A DNA stretch of 64,000 bases, from contig CASEER010000004.1 in NCBI GenBank assembly GCA_949287085.1, forward strand, positions 16,319-80,318, written 5' to 3'. Below, piece after piece: positions 11,112 to 21,162 of the stretch; within the stretch, counting starts at the first letter, position 1, and every line of letters begins with the position of its first letter. Made by a program: the position numbers and the translations under genes. This DNA is from an uncultured Coriobacteriaceae bacterium (GTDB lineage Bacteria > Actinomycetota > Coriobacteriia > Coriobacteriales > Coriobacteriaceae). Below the pieces are notes generated by a model. That model did no database searches. It was not told the origin of the DNA and saw only the letters and a list, made by a program, of their open reading frames with translations.

Positions 11112-11672
11112 GTGGTACCACAGCAACATTCGTGCATTCGCAACATCCTTGAGTGGATCGTCATCTTTGCGTTTGCCTTTATGTTCTTCCTCTTTATCCG
11201 CTGGTTCGTGGTGGAGCCCTATCGTGTACCCACCGGATCGATGGAGTCCACGATTGAGGTGGGAGACCAGGTGCTCGCCGAAAAGGTCTCCATCAATTTG
11301 GGGATGGGTGTCAAACGCGGCGACATCGTCGTGTTTCACAACCCCGATGGCACCTCAGACCACGACATTCTGGTCAAGCGCGTTATTGCCACGTCGGGTC
11401 AGACGGTCGACTTGCGCAACGGCGTGGTCTATGTGGACGACGAGCCGCTCGATGAGCCGTATGCCACGGGTGAGAGCTATCCGCTTCCGGCACAAGCGGC
11501 CGGCGTGGTGGTGAGCTTTCCCTATACCGTGCCCGCGGGCCACGTGTGGGTGATGGGTGACAACCGTGAGAACTCGGCCGACTCACGCTACTTTGGTGCC
11601 GTAAACGAGGACGACTTGATCGCTGTGGTGTTCTTCCGGTACTGGCCCCTTGACCGCTTGGGCGGCGTGTAG
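11112..11672 (+). CDS. lepB: Signal peptidase I
   Basis: TM helix, PTGSM (Ser), VKRVI (Lys), GDNRENSADSRYFG. Confidence 0.95.
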   Translation: MVPQQHSCIRNILEWIVIFAFAFMFFLFIRWFVVEPYRVPTGSMESTIEVGDQVLAEKVSINLGMGVKRGDIVVFHNPDGTSDHDILVKRVIATSGQTVDLRNGVVYVDDEPLDEPYATGESYPLPAQAAGVVVSFPYTVPAGHVWVMGDNRENSADSRYFGAVNEDDLIAVVFFRYWPLDRLGGV

Positions 11673-11852
11673 CGTGTGCCGCCTACGGTAATGCGGGGAA
11701 TGTTGCCAGGACGGCGAACCGGATGCCATGGTTGTGGCACAATCATTCGCGCAGATGGTGCGCAGCGTGTCCCGTGGGCGCGCCCTTTTATGTGAGATGA
11801 GCCCCCTTGGCCTTGATTGCCCAAGGGGTTTGGTGAGAGGAGAAGCACAGGC

Positions 11853-12767
11853 ATGGACACCTCCGTTCGTACCTTCCAAGACATCATCTTGGCGCTCCAG
11901 CAGTACTGGGGCAGCCAGGGTTGCGTCATCATGCAGCCCTATGACTCCGAGGTGGGCGCCGGCACCTTCCATACCGCCACCACCCTGCGCTCGCTCGGCC
12001 CGGATTCATGGCGCACCTGCTACGCGCAGCCGTGCCGCCGTCCCGCCGACGGTCGCTATGGCGAGAACCCCAACCGTTTGCAGCAGTACTACCAGTTCCA
12101 GGTGCTCATGAAGCCGAGTCCCGCCAACTCGCAGGAGCTCTATCTTGACTCGCTCAAGGCCATCGGCATCGACCCGGCTGAGCACGACGTGCGCTTTGTT
12201 GAGGACGACTGGGAGAGCCCGACGCTCGGTGCCTGGGGCCTGGGCTGGGAAGTTTGGCTCAACGGCATGGAGGTCACCCAGTTTACCTACTTCCAGCAGG
12301 TGGGCGGCATCGAGGTTGACCCCGTGCCGGTCGAGATCACCTATGGTTTGGAGCGCCTGGCCATGTATGTGCAGGGCGTTGACTCGGTCTACGACTTGGT
12401 GTGGAGCTACCTGCCCGACGGCACGCCCATGACCTACGGCGATGTGTTCCTAGAGAACGAGCGCGAGTTCTCGACCTACAACTTTGAGGTTGCGAACGTC
12501 GAGATGATGCGCCAGAAGTTTGATGACTACGAGAACGAGTGCCATAGCTGCCTTGAGGCGGGGCTGCCGCTGCCGGCCTATGACTGCGTGATGAAGTGCA
12601 GCCATGCCTTCAACCTGCTCGATGCGCGCGGTGCGCTTTCCGCGGTGGAGCGCGCCAATTACATCCTGCGCGTGCGCAGCGTCGCTAAGGCCTGCTGCGA
12701 GGCGTATCTGGAGCACGTGGCGGCATCCAAGGTGCCCGCGTCCGCACAAGAAGGGGAGGTGGCCTAA
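11853..12767 (+). CDS. glyQ: Glycine-tRNA ligase alpha subunit
   Basis: [34 protein letters not shown]. Confidence 0.98.
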   Translation: MDTSVRTFQDIILALQQYWGSQGCVIMQPYDSEVGAGTFHTATTLRSLGPDSWRTCYAQPCRRPADGRYGENPNRLQQYYQFQVLMKPSPANSQELYLDSLKAIGIDPAEHDVRFVEDDWESPTLGAWGLGWEVWLNGMEVTQFTYFQQVGGIEVDPVPVEITYGLERLAMYVQGVDSVYDLVWSYLPDGTPMTYGDVFLENEREFSTYNFEVANVEMMRQKFDDYENECHSCLEAGLPLPAYDCVMKCSHAFNLLDARGALSAVERANYILRVRSVAKACCEAYLEHVAASKVPASAQEGEVA

Positions 12768-14864
12768 ATGGCAGAGACCCGTGATTTTCTGTTTGAGATC
12801 GGCACCGAGGAAATGCCGTCGGCGCCTCTGAACAACGCAGTAAAGCAGCTTGGTCCGCTTGTTGCGCGCGGTTTGGACGAGGCGGGCCTCGCGCACGGCG
12901 AGCTTCGCGTGATCTCGTCGCCGCGCCGCCTGGCGGTTTTGGTGAAGGACGTGGCCTGCGCAACCGACGAGGTGCACGAGGTCAAGCGCGGTCCTGCGGC
13001 ACAGATCGCCTTTGATGCCGAGGGTAACCCCACCAAGGCCGCTGAGGGCTTTGCCCGCAAGAACGGCGTGGCTGCGACGGAGCTCATCCGTCGCGCCGAT
13101 ACCGACGGCCGTGAGTACGTGTTTGCCGAGAAGAACATTCCTTCCGCGCCCGCAGAGCCCATTCTCTCGGCGCTCTGCGAGAAGACGATTGCCGGCCTTG
13201 AGTGGCCCAACTACCGCAGTCAGCGCTGGGGTACCACGCACGACACCTTTGTGCGCCCGGTGCGCTGGCTCTGCGTGCTGCTGGGCAGCGAGGTCGTGCC
13301 CGTTCACTATGCCGACGTGACGAGCGGCAACACCACGCGCGGCCACCGCGTGCTGGGTCCGGGCGAACATGTGGTGGCGGAGCCTGCGGTCTACGAGCAG
13401 GTGCTTGAGCAGGCGGGCGTGCTCTCTGAGGAGCGTCGGCGTGCCGTGATCGCCGAGGGCATCAAGCAGGTTGAGGCCGAGCGCGCGGGCGCGCACGTGG
13501 ACACGCCCAAGAAGGTGCTCGACGAGGTCGTGAACCTCTGCGAGTGGCCGACGGTGCTCGTGGGGAAGTTTGATGAGGAGTTCCTGCAGGTACCGCACGA
13601 GATCATCTGCGAGTCCATGCTCTCCAACCAGCGCTATTTCCCCATCTATGACGCCGAGGGCAACCTGACCCGCGAGTTTGTCGTGGTGGGCAATGGCCGC
13701 GCCGACAGCGCCGAGCGCATCATCGACGGCAACGAGCGCGTGGTGCGCGCCCGCCTGTATGATGCGAAGTTCTTCTATGACGAGGACCTCAAGGTCCCGC
13801 TCGAGGAGTTCCGCAAGCGCCTGGCGAGCGTGGTCTTCCAGGAAAAGCTGGGCACCGTGCTACAGAAGAGCGAGCGCGTCGAGGCGCTTGCAGGAGAGGT
13901 GGCCCGCGCCGCCGGTTGCGATGCCGTGGTGACGGCCGATGCCGTGCGCGCCGCGCACCTGTGCAAGGCCGACCTCGTGTCGAGCGCCGTCGTCGAGTTC
14001 ACGAGCCAGCAGGGTGTTATGGGCGGCTACTACGCCACGGCGGCGGGGGAGACCGACGCCGTGGCGGCTGCTATTCGCGATCACTATCGTCCGCGCTTTG
14101 CCGGCGACGAGCTGCCCGAGGGCATGGCCGGCTGCATCGTGGCCGTCTCGGACAAGCTTGATACCATCGCGGGCATGTTTGCCATCGGCGAGCCCCCGAC
14201 GGGCTCCAAGGACCCGTTCGCGCTCCGCCGCAGCGCCATCGGCGTGCTGAACATCCTCAAGAACCGCCTGGGCTGCGGCTACGAAGAGCTGGTGAGCGTC
14301 GCGCTCGACGCCTACGCCGCGCAGGGCATCGCATTTGACAAGGCCGAGGTCGCCAAGGCCGTCTGCGCCTTCATCAAGGGCCGCATGGAGCAGATGGCGC
14401 GCGACGAGCACATCGCGCCTGACACGGTGGCGGCCGTGTCCCAGGGTTCGGTGAGCGTTCCGGCCAACTACCTCGCGCTCGCCCACGCGCTTGAGGATGC
14501 GCGCGCCCACGACGCCGAAACCTTTGAGAACCTTGCGACGGCCTACGCCCGCGCTGCGCACCTGGCTGATGCCTCGCTGGGCATCGACGTGGATACCGCG
14601 CTCCTTGGTGAGGCTGAGCAGGCGCTGCTCGCCGCTACGGATGAGGCGTCTGCACAGGTTGCGTCCGCGCTCGATGCGGCCGACTTCTCGGCGGTCATCG
14701 CAGCGCTGGCATCGCTCCGCGAGCCCATCGACCGCTTCTTCGACGAGGTCCTTGTCATGGACGAGAACGAGGCGCTCCGCACCAATCGCCTGCGCCTGCT
14801 CAACCGGTTTGCTGCGGTCTTTGCTGACGTGGCAAACATCGGCGAGCTTGCCAAGAAGAAGTAG
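12768..14864 (+). CDS. glyS: Glycine-tRNA ligase beta subunit
   Basis: FLFEIGTEEMP, SPRRLA, GSKDPFALRR, NRLRLL. Confidence 0.97.
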   Translation: MAETRDFLFEIGTEEMPSAPLNNAVKQLGPLVARGLDEAGLAHGELRVISSPRRLAVLVKDVACATDEVHEVKRGPAAQIAFDAEGNPTKAAEGFARKNGVAATELIRRADTDGREYVFAEKNIPSAPAEPILSALCEKTIAGLEWPNYRSQRWGTTHDTFVRPVRWLCVLLGSEVVPVHYADVTSGNTTRGHRVLGPGEHVVAEPAVYEQVLEQAGVLSEERRRAVIAEGIKQVEAERAGAHVDTPKKVLDEVVNLCEWPTVLVGKFDEEFLQVPHEIICESMLSNQRYFPIYDAEGNLTREFVVVGNGRADSAERIIDGNERVVRARLYDAKFFYDEDLKVPLEEFRKRLASVVFQEKLGTVLQKSERVEALAGEVARAAGCDAVVTADAVRAAHLCKADLVSSAVVEFTSQQGVMGGYYATAAGETDAVAAAIRDHYRPRFAGDELPEGMAGCIVAVSDKLDTIAGMFAIGEPPTGSKDPFALRRSAIGVLNILKNRLGCGYEELVSVALDAYAAQGIAFDKAEVAKAVCAFIKGRMEQMARDEHIAPDTVAAVSQGSVSVPANYLALAHALEDARAHDAETFENLATAYARAAHLADASLGIDVDTALLGEAEQALLAATDEASAQVASALDAADFSAVIAALASLREPIDRFFDEVLVMDENEALRTNRLRLLNRFAAVFADVANIGELAKKK

Positions 14865-14885
14865 CGTCCTGCGCCGCCTATAGGG

Positions 14886-14919
14886 AGCGGCTCCGAAGCG
14901 CTTGCTCCGGAGCCGTTTT
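14886..14919 (+). terminator. Intrinsic terminator after glyS
   Basis: CGGCTCCG...CGGAGCCG followed by TTTT. Confidence 0.65.
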
Positions 14920-15154
14920 GTGCCCGCCAAGACCCGCTAGAGCCCGCTGCAACCCGGCTACTGCGTGTCAGATGATGCGTAGAGCCGGGTTCGGCGCGGC
15001 GCTGCTCCGGGCGTTGCTGTGGACGTGATGAACCCGGTGCGTTCCCGTGAAAAAAGTTCTTGCCATCTACCGGGCATCGCGTATAATTCACTCTGTTTGC
15101 CAACCTACGTGCCGGCGTACGCGTGCGGCACCTCTAGAAGAGTAAGGATTTGAA

Positions 15155-15496
15155 ATGGACTACATTCGCGCAATCGAGCGCCAACAGATCCGCGAGGACA
15201 TCCCGCAGGTCCGCGTCGGCGACAACGTCAAAGTGCACTATCGCATTAAGGAAGGCGACCGCGAGCGCATCCAGGTCTTCCAGGGTGACGTTATCCGCAT
15301 GAGCGGCGGTTCCTCGCGTGAGACCTTCACTGTCCGCAAGATTTCCTTTGGTGTGGGCGTTGAGCGCACCTTCCCGCTTCACAGCCCCAAGATTGCTAAG
15401 CTCGAGGTTGTTCGTCACGGCCGCGTCCGTCGCGCCAAGCTCTACTACCTGCGTGACAAGGTAGGCAAGGCTGCGCGCATTCCCGAGAAGCGCTAA
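15155..15496 (+). CDS. rplS: 50S ribosomal protein L19
   Basis: [30 protein letters not shown]; upstream TTGCCA...TATAAT at 15060-15087. Confidence 0.98.
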   Translation: MDYIRAIERQQIREDIPQVRVGDNVKVHYRIKEGDRERIQVFQGDVIRMSGGSSRETFTVRKISFGVGVERTFPLHSPKIAKLEVVRHGRVRRAKLYYLRDKVGKAARIPEKR

Positions 15497-15518
15497 GCAT
15501 TCGCACGATTGCATGCAC

Positions 15519-15550
15519 AACGGCCGTCTCTACGGAGGCGGCCGTTTTTT
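15519..15550 (+). terminator. Intrinsic terminator after rplS
   Basis: AACGGCCGTCTC-TACG-GAGGCGGCCGTT followed by a T tract. Confidence 0.75.
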
Positions 15551-15742
15551 GTTTTGCATGGTTCGGGACGAGTGCGGTGTGGGGATCAGCGTATGGAATG
15601 GGCTTCCCGTGTGCCGCATCGTCGTGAGATGCTCGGTCGAACGCACCGCAGCTTGAACGCACGCGGTCACATGGGCGCGCTTTCAGCGTGCTACAATCCT
15701 TCGGGATCGACGCATGGTGCTTCGGGCGCTGAGGAGGATGGT

Positions 15743-16531
15743 ATGGCTAATCAGGTGAGTTCGCGGTCGGCGGCCCAGGTGGCGGCTGAGCTTGGTTCTG
15801 CTTCGCTTGATGAGCTTCCCCGGTTGCTCGATCGCTACGCCGAAGATCCGCGCAAGCAGGTCCAAGCGGCGTGCGATCGCGCGCGGCGCCGCATGGAGCG
15901 CGAGCGTGCGGAGATCGATCGCGTGGGTGCGCTCTATAGCACGATGGCCGAGCTGGGTGGTCCCGGCGTGGTCGTGGGCGTTGACGAGGTGGGTCGTGGT
16001 TCGGTAGCGGGGCCGCTAACCGTGTGCGCGGTGTGCCTGCCGCCGGAGCCGCGCATCATGGGCCTCAACGATTCCAAGAAGCTTTCTCCGGCGCGGCGCG
16101 AGCTCATTGCCCAAAAGATCGCTCGGGTCGCCACCGCTATTGGGTTCTGCCACATTCCCGCGGCTGAGATTGACCGCATTGGCATGGCCTCGGCGCTGCG
16201 GCGCGCGGTTGCCGGCGCGGTGGCTGATACGGGGTTAACGCCCGATTGCGTGCTCATGGACGGCAACCCGCTGGGAGCCGTTGCCAACGAGCGCGATGTG
16301 GTGCATGGAGACGCCAAGGTGGCATGCATCGCCGCGGCATCGATTATGGCGAAGGTAACGCGCGACGCTCATATGGTCGAGCTCGACGCAATCTATCCTG
16401 GCTATCATTTTGCCGAATCTAAGGGGTATGCCTCCCCTGAGCATATCGCCGCGATTAAAGCGCGTGGTCTTACGAAGGAGCACCGCGTGAGCTTTTGTGG
16501 GAATTTCCTAGAGACTGAGCGTCTCTTTTAA
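15743..16531 (+). CDS. rnhB: Ribonuclease HII (long N-terminus)
   Basis: GVDEVGRG, LNDSKKL, AASIMAKVTRD, KGY. Confidence 0.95.
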   Translation: MANQVSSRSAAQVAAELGSASLDELPRLLDRYAEDPRKQVQAACDRARRRMERERAEIDRVGALYSTMAELGGPGVVVGVDEVGRGSVAGPLTVCAVCLPPEPRIMGLNDSKKLSPARRELIAQKIARVATAIGFCHIPAAEIDRIGMASALRRAVAGAVADTGLTPDCVLMDGNPLGAVANERDVVHGDAKVACIAAASIMAKVTRDAHMVELDAIYPGYHFAESKGYASPEHIAAIKARGLTKEHRVSFCGNFLETERLF

Positions 16532-16697
16532 GGAGATGCGCGCCATGCTGCATAAGGGGTCCTTCGGCTGAGCTCTATGGATGCGCGCGCGTTAAGGTTT
16601 TAGTGCGGCGCTTGGTCAGTATTTGGGCAGCTTCTAGGCAGCATTTGGTCAGATGTCCCGGAGATGATTGCTTCATCCAACGAGGAGGGAGCAATCG

Positions 16698-17324
16698 ATG
16701 GGACAGAGGCACGAGGACGCCCAGAACGTAGAAGGCGCCCAGAACGAGCAGGACGCGCGGCAGGCTCATCAACAGAACGCAGGTCGCGATGGCGGCTCAA
16801 GCGGGGTTTATGGCTCCTGCCGGGATGAAGATGCGCGGCGCGATGATGGTCCTTACTGCGATGCTGGTGCGTGTTGTGATGATGACGCATGCTGCGATGA
16901 CAATGGTAGCTGGGACGTTGTGGCATGCGGCGATGTTAATGCGCTCACGCCCAAGGAGCTCGGTAACTTGGGAGAGCTGCTTGCAGCAAGCTATCTCAGT
17001 AAACGCGGATACGAAATTCTCGAACATAATTATCGCTGCCCGGAGGGCGAGGCCGATCTGATTGCCTATGACCCCGCGGCCGAGATGATCGTGCTCGTCG
17101 AGGTCAAGACGCGCCGCGTGCGCATGTTTGCTGACGAGCAACCCGAAGAAGCGGTGGACGCGCGAAAACGTGCCCGGTATCGACGTATTGCGGGATGCTA
17201 CCTCATGGATCGATTCCCCGTGATGTCGATGCGGTTCGACGCGATCGGCGTGCAGGTCAAGGGTGAGCATGACGCGCGTATCGCGCACTACTTCGATGTG
17301 TTTGCGTGGGAGGCAGACCGATGA
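16698..17324 (+). CDS. yraN: YraN (UPF0102) PD-(D/E)xK nuclease with repetitive N-terminal extension
   Basis: LGNLGE, NYRCPEGEADLIA, VEVKTR, RFD; GGAGG RBS before 16698. Confidence 0.88.
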   Translation: MGQRHEDAQNVEGAQNEQDARQAHQQNAGRDGGSSGVYGSCRDEDARRDDGPYCDAGACCDDDACCDDNGSWDVVACGDVNALTPKELGNLGELLAASYLSKRGYEILEHNYRCPEGEADLIAYDPAAEMIVLVEVKTRRVRMFADEQPEEAVDARKRARYRRIAGCYLMDRFPVMSMRFDAIGVQVKGEHDARIAHYFDVFAWEADR

Positions 17325-18832
17325 CGGCCCCGGTGTACGCCGTGCATGCGGCCTGCATACGCGGCGTGGAGGCCGTGCCCGTAACCGTTGAGGTGTCGAT
17401 GGGCGGTGGTCTTCCCTGCATTCAGATTGTGGGCATGCCCGATTCCACCGTGCTTGAAGCGCGCAGTCGTTTGCGCTGCGCTTTTAAAAGCGTGGGCTTT
17501 GATGTGCCGCGCCACAGCATAACGATCAACCTCGCCCCGAGCGATATGCGAAAAACGGGTACGGGTTTGGATCTTCCCATCGCGGTGGCAATCCTTGCGC
17601 TTTCGGGCCAGATACCCCTTAACGATCTAGATGCCTGCTTGTTTGTGGGGGAGTTGGCGCTAGACGGCTCGGTTGGCTCCGTGCGCGGCGAGGTTGCCTA
17701 TGAGGTGCTCGCGCGCGATAGCCACCTTAAACTCATCGAAGGGCGATCCTCTCCCTACCGCGGGCTACCAGGAGAGCCGCGCTTTGAGCTTGCCAATATC
17801 GGTCGCCTGCGCATGGGTGTCGATAAGGCGGTGAGTTGCTGCGATGGGGAGCCTGTGCACGTGCCGCCTGCCGCCGTGCTTGATTACGCCGATGTGGTTG
17901 GACAGGAGGTTGCAAAGCGCGGCATCGCCATCGCAGCAACCGGGAACTTGGGGCTGCTCATGGTCGGTGCGCCGGGTTCTGGCAAGACCATGCTCGCGCG
18001 CCGGATGACGACCATCTTGCCCGAGCTTTCCCGTCAAGATCAGCAAGAAGCGCTCTGCATCCATTCTGTTGCGGGGGAGGACCTAACGGGCTTGCTTGCG
18101 GGCGAGCGGCCGTTCCGGAGCCCCCACCACAGCATTTCGACGGCTGGTTTGGTGGGTGGCGGGCGTCCGGTGCGTCCGGGCGAAATTAGCCTGGCGCACG
18201 GTGGGTGCCTCTTTTTGGATGAGCTTGCGGAATTCCCCTCGAGCGTGCTGCAGTCGCTTCGCCAGCCGCTCGAGGAGGGGTGCGTGCGCATCGTTCGCGT
18301 CGACGGGATGTTCACCTTTCCCGCGCGGTTCCAGCTCATCGCGGCAAGCAACCCCTGTCCGTGCGGATACCTGGGTGACCGCGATGTGGCTTGCACCTGC
18401 TCGGCTGCTGCCATTGAGCGCTACCAATCAAAGTTGGCGGGGCCGCTCATCGACCGTATCGATATAGTCATTAACGTAGCCCGGCCCGACCCTTCGCTCA
18501 TTATCGAGGGAGCAGAGGGCATGGGGTCGCACGAGCTGCGCGGGATGGTTGAACGGGGGCGTGCCTTCGCGACGCACCGGAGAACGTGCGCCGGAGAACC
18601 CCCTGCGACAAGGGGGGCTACCGCGCTTGAGCGGGCTGTCGCTTCGTTTGCGATGACAGACGACGCTGCCGAGACGCTCGTGGGAATGGCGCGTCAGAAC
18701 CATTTGACGGGACGCGGTATCAAGCGGCTCTGCCGCATTGCGCGCACGATTGCAGATATGGACGAGGCGGAGCGCATCGGGCGCGGCCATGTGCTCGAGG
18801 CATCGATGTTTCAGGGCAGGAGGACCTCATGA
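17321..18832 (+). CDS. comM: YifB/ComM Mg-chelatase-like AAA+ helicase
   Basis: NLAPSD, GAPGSGKTM, PFRSPHH, GEISLAHGG, NPCPCG. Confidence 0.92.
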   Translation: MTAPVYAVHAACIRGVEAVPVTVEVSMGGGLPCIQIVGMPDSTVLEARSRLRCAFKSVGFDVPRHSITINLAPSDMRKTGTGLDLPIAVAILALSGQIPLNDLDACLFVGELALDGSVGSVRGEVAYEVLARDSHLKLIEGRSSPYRGLPGEPRFELANIGRLRMGVDKAVSCCDGEPVHVPPAAVLDYADVVGQEVAKRGIAIAATGNLGLLMVGAPGSGKTMLARRMTTILPELSRQDQQEALCIHSVAGEDLTGLLAGERPFRSPHHSISTAGLVGGGRPVRPGEISLAHGGCLFLDELAEFPSSVLQSLRQPLEEGCVRIVRVDGMFTFPARFQLIAASNPCPCGYLGDRDVACTCSAAAIERYQSKLAGPLIDRIDIVINVARPDPSLIIEGAEGMGSHELRGMVERGRAFATHRRTCAGEPPATRGATALERAVASFAMTDDAAETLVGMARQNHLTGRGIKRLCRIARTIADMDEAERIGRGHVLEASMFQGRRTS

Positions 18833-19779
18833 CGCACCTATGGTCAGAAGACACGAAGATAATCATAGAAAAGGGGAGCCGCCATTATCCGGCTCAGATG
18901 GCTCCGCTGGCGAGCGCGCCACAGAAGCTGTACGTTCGGGGTAACCCCGATATTCTGGCAGGACCTTGTATCGCCATTGTCGGGACGCGTCGGCCAACCC
19001 CGTATGGCCTTGCTGCCACCGAGCTTGCCGCGCGGGTCGCCGTCGAGTCCGATGTGACGGTGGTGTCGGGTGGAGCGATGGGATGCGATCAAGCGGCAGG
19101 GCGTGAGACGCTGGCACAGGGCGGGCGGCACATCATCGTGCTCGGGACGGGCGCCGACGTGGTGTATCCCTCGTCGTGCGCCGACCTCATTGCTCAGACG
19201 CTCAAAAAAGACGGTGCGGTGGTCTCAATTGCACCCTGGGGAACGCAGCCGCGTCGATTTTTATTTCCCAAGCGAAACGCCGTGATCGCTGCGCTGTCGC
19301 AGGCGGTGTTCATCGGCGAAGCAGGTATGCCCTCGGGGACGTTTTCGACGGCAGAGTCTGCCATGGAGTATGAGCGCGAGGTGCTTGCGGTGCCCGGCTC
19401 CATCTATTCGCCGGAATCGCGCGGTGCGAACTACCTCATCAGCCTGGGTGCATGCTGTATTGCCGATGAGGAGGCGCTGCAGATTGCGTTTTCGCGCATC
19501 TTTGGCGTGCTCAATCGTCAGAGCGCAGCTCCCGCTGCCGATCTGCCGGGCGACGCGCTGTCGCGGCGCGTGCTGCGCGCGCTCGTCGCATCGCCTCTAC
19601 GTTCTGACGAGATCGCTCGTTTGACGGGGCTTGATACGCGCGCCTGCCTTGAATTGATAAGCGATTTGATGGTGGCAGGTCGTATTGAACAGCAACTTGA
19701 TGGACGATATGCGGCAACCAAAGAGATGCTTCACGCGTTGACGGCAATCGGGCAAAATGGGAACGGACAACATGCGTAG
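18829..19779 (+). CDS. dprA: DNA-processing protein DprA
   Basis: AIVGTR, VSGGAMG, FPKRN, AVPG; C-terminal winged helix. Confidence 0.93.
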   Translation: MTHLWSEDTKIIIEKGSRHYPAQMAPLASAPQKLYVRGNPDILAGPCIAIVGTRRPTPYGLAATELAARVAVESDVTVVSGGAMGCDQAAGRETLAQGGRHIIVLGTGADVVYPSSCADLIAQTLKKDGAVVSIAPWGTQPRRFLFPKRNAVIAALSQAVFIGEAGMPSGTFSTAESAMEYEREVLAVPGSIYSPESRGANYLISLGACCIADEEALQIAFSRIFGVLNRQSAAPAADLPGDALSRRVLRALVASPLRSDEIARLTGLDTRACLELISDLMVAGRIEQQLDGRYAATKEMLHALTAIGQNGNGQHA

Positions 19780-19811
19780 TTCGGGCGGAGCCCGTGTGAT
19801 AAGGAGTCGTT

Positions 19812-21161
19812 ATGACGTACGATCCAGTGACCGTGGTAGGCGGCGGGCTCGCGGGAAGCGAGTGCGCCTTGCAGCTTGCCCGGCGCGGCGTCCCGGTTAC
19901 CTTGTATGAGATGCGCCCTAAGGTTTCGTCGCCGGCGCACCGTACCGATGGTTTTGCAGAGCTCGTCTGCTCCAACTCGCTTAAGGCGACGCGCATCGAT
20001 AGCGCGGCGGGTCTCCTTAAAGAAGAGCTTACGCACATGGGATCGGTGGTGCTTTCGTGCGCGCGCGAGGCAGCCGTGCCCGCAGGCGGGGCGCTTGCGG
20101 TTGATCGCGATGCCTTCTCTCGGTTGGTGGGGGAGCGCATCGCATCCGAATCGCTCATCACCGTCGTGCGCGAAGAGGTAACGCAGATACCCGATGGCCG
20201 GGTTGTTATTGCCGCCGGTCCGTTGTGCTCTCCTGCCTTGAGTGAAGCCGTGCTCGCACTGGTGGGCGGCGAGGCGCTCTCGTTCTTTGATGCAGCGGCT
20301 CCGATCGTGGATGCCTCAACCCTCGATTTGTCGGTGCTGTTCCGTCAGTCTCGCTACGAGGCGGAAGAATCTGGTGATTATCTCAATGCGCCGTTTACCA
20401 AGGATGAATACGAAGCGTTTATCACGGAGCTCGTTGGTGCGGAGCGCGTGGTGCTTCGTGACTTTGAGCGCGGCGGGCTCTTCCAGGCGTGCCAGCCGGC
20501 AGAAGAGGTGGCACGCACGGGGCGCGATGCGTTGCGTTTTGGCGCTATGAAACCGGTGGGGCTCACAGACCCGCGTACCGGACGACGCCCGTGGGCAGCC
20601 TTGCAGCTTCGTGCCGAGAATCGTGAGGGGACGGCGTACAACCTCGTCGGCTTTCAGACGAACCTTACCTTTGGCGAGCAAAAGCGCGTGTTCCGCATGG
20701 TTCCGGGGCTCGAGCAGGCCGAGTTTTTCCGTTACGGCGTGATGCACCGCAACACGTTTGTCGACGCGCCCCACGTGCTTGACCGCACATTTGCCGTGCC
20801 GGGAACCACGGTGCGCCTGGCGGGGCAGATTACCGGTACGGAGGGGTATACCGAGGCCATTGCGTCTGGGCTGCTCGCTGCGCTCAACACCTACGCCGAT
20901 CTTATGGGCACAGAGCCGGTTGCGCTGCCGTGCACGGGAGCGCTCGGCGCGCTCGTGGCGTATGCAACCGACCCGGCAACCGAGGGTTACCAGCCCATGC
21001 ACGTCAACTTTGGTTTAGTGCCGTCGCTTACCGATGGCGTGCGCCGCGGCAAGCGCGAGCGGTATCGGGCATATGCAGAGCGCGGGCTTGCCGATTTTGA
21101 TGCGTTTCTGTCCACGCGCCCCGACCTCTTCCCAACGCTGGATACCGCCTCAGGCAATTAA
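19812..21161 (+). CDS. trmFO: tRNA m5U54 folate/FAD-dependent methyltransferase
   Basis: GGGLAGSE, ELVCSNS, RYGVMHRNT, GQITGTEGY. Confidence 0.96.
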   Translation: MTYDPVTVVGGGLAGSECALQLARRGVPVTLYEMRPKVSSPAHRTDGFAELVCSNSLKATRIDSAAGLLKEELTHMGSVVLSCAREAAVPAGGALAVDRDAFSRLVGERIASESLITVVREEVTQIPDGRVVIAAGPLCSPALSEAVLALVGGEALSFFDAAAPIVDASTLDLSVLFRQSRYEAEESGDYLNAPFTKDEYEAFITELVGAERVVLRDFERGGLFQACQPAEEVARTGRDALRFGAMKPVGLTDPRTGRRPWAALQLRAENREGTAYNLVGFQTNLTFGEQKRVFRMVPGLEQAEFFRYGVMHRNTFVDAPHVLDRTFAVPGTTVRLAGQITGTEGYTEAIASGLLAALNTYADLMGTEPVALPCTGALGALVAYATDPATEGYQPMHVNFGLVPSLTDGVRRGKRERYRAYAERGLADFDAFLSTRPDLFPTLDTASGN

Positions 21162-21162
21162 C

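Noticed and set aside
11673-11852. T-box riboswitch before glyQ (also sought before proS)
   Set aside because: No GGTGGNACCGCG-type T-box sequence or antiterminator found
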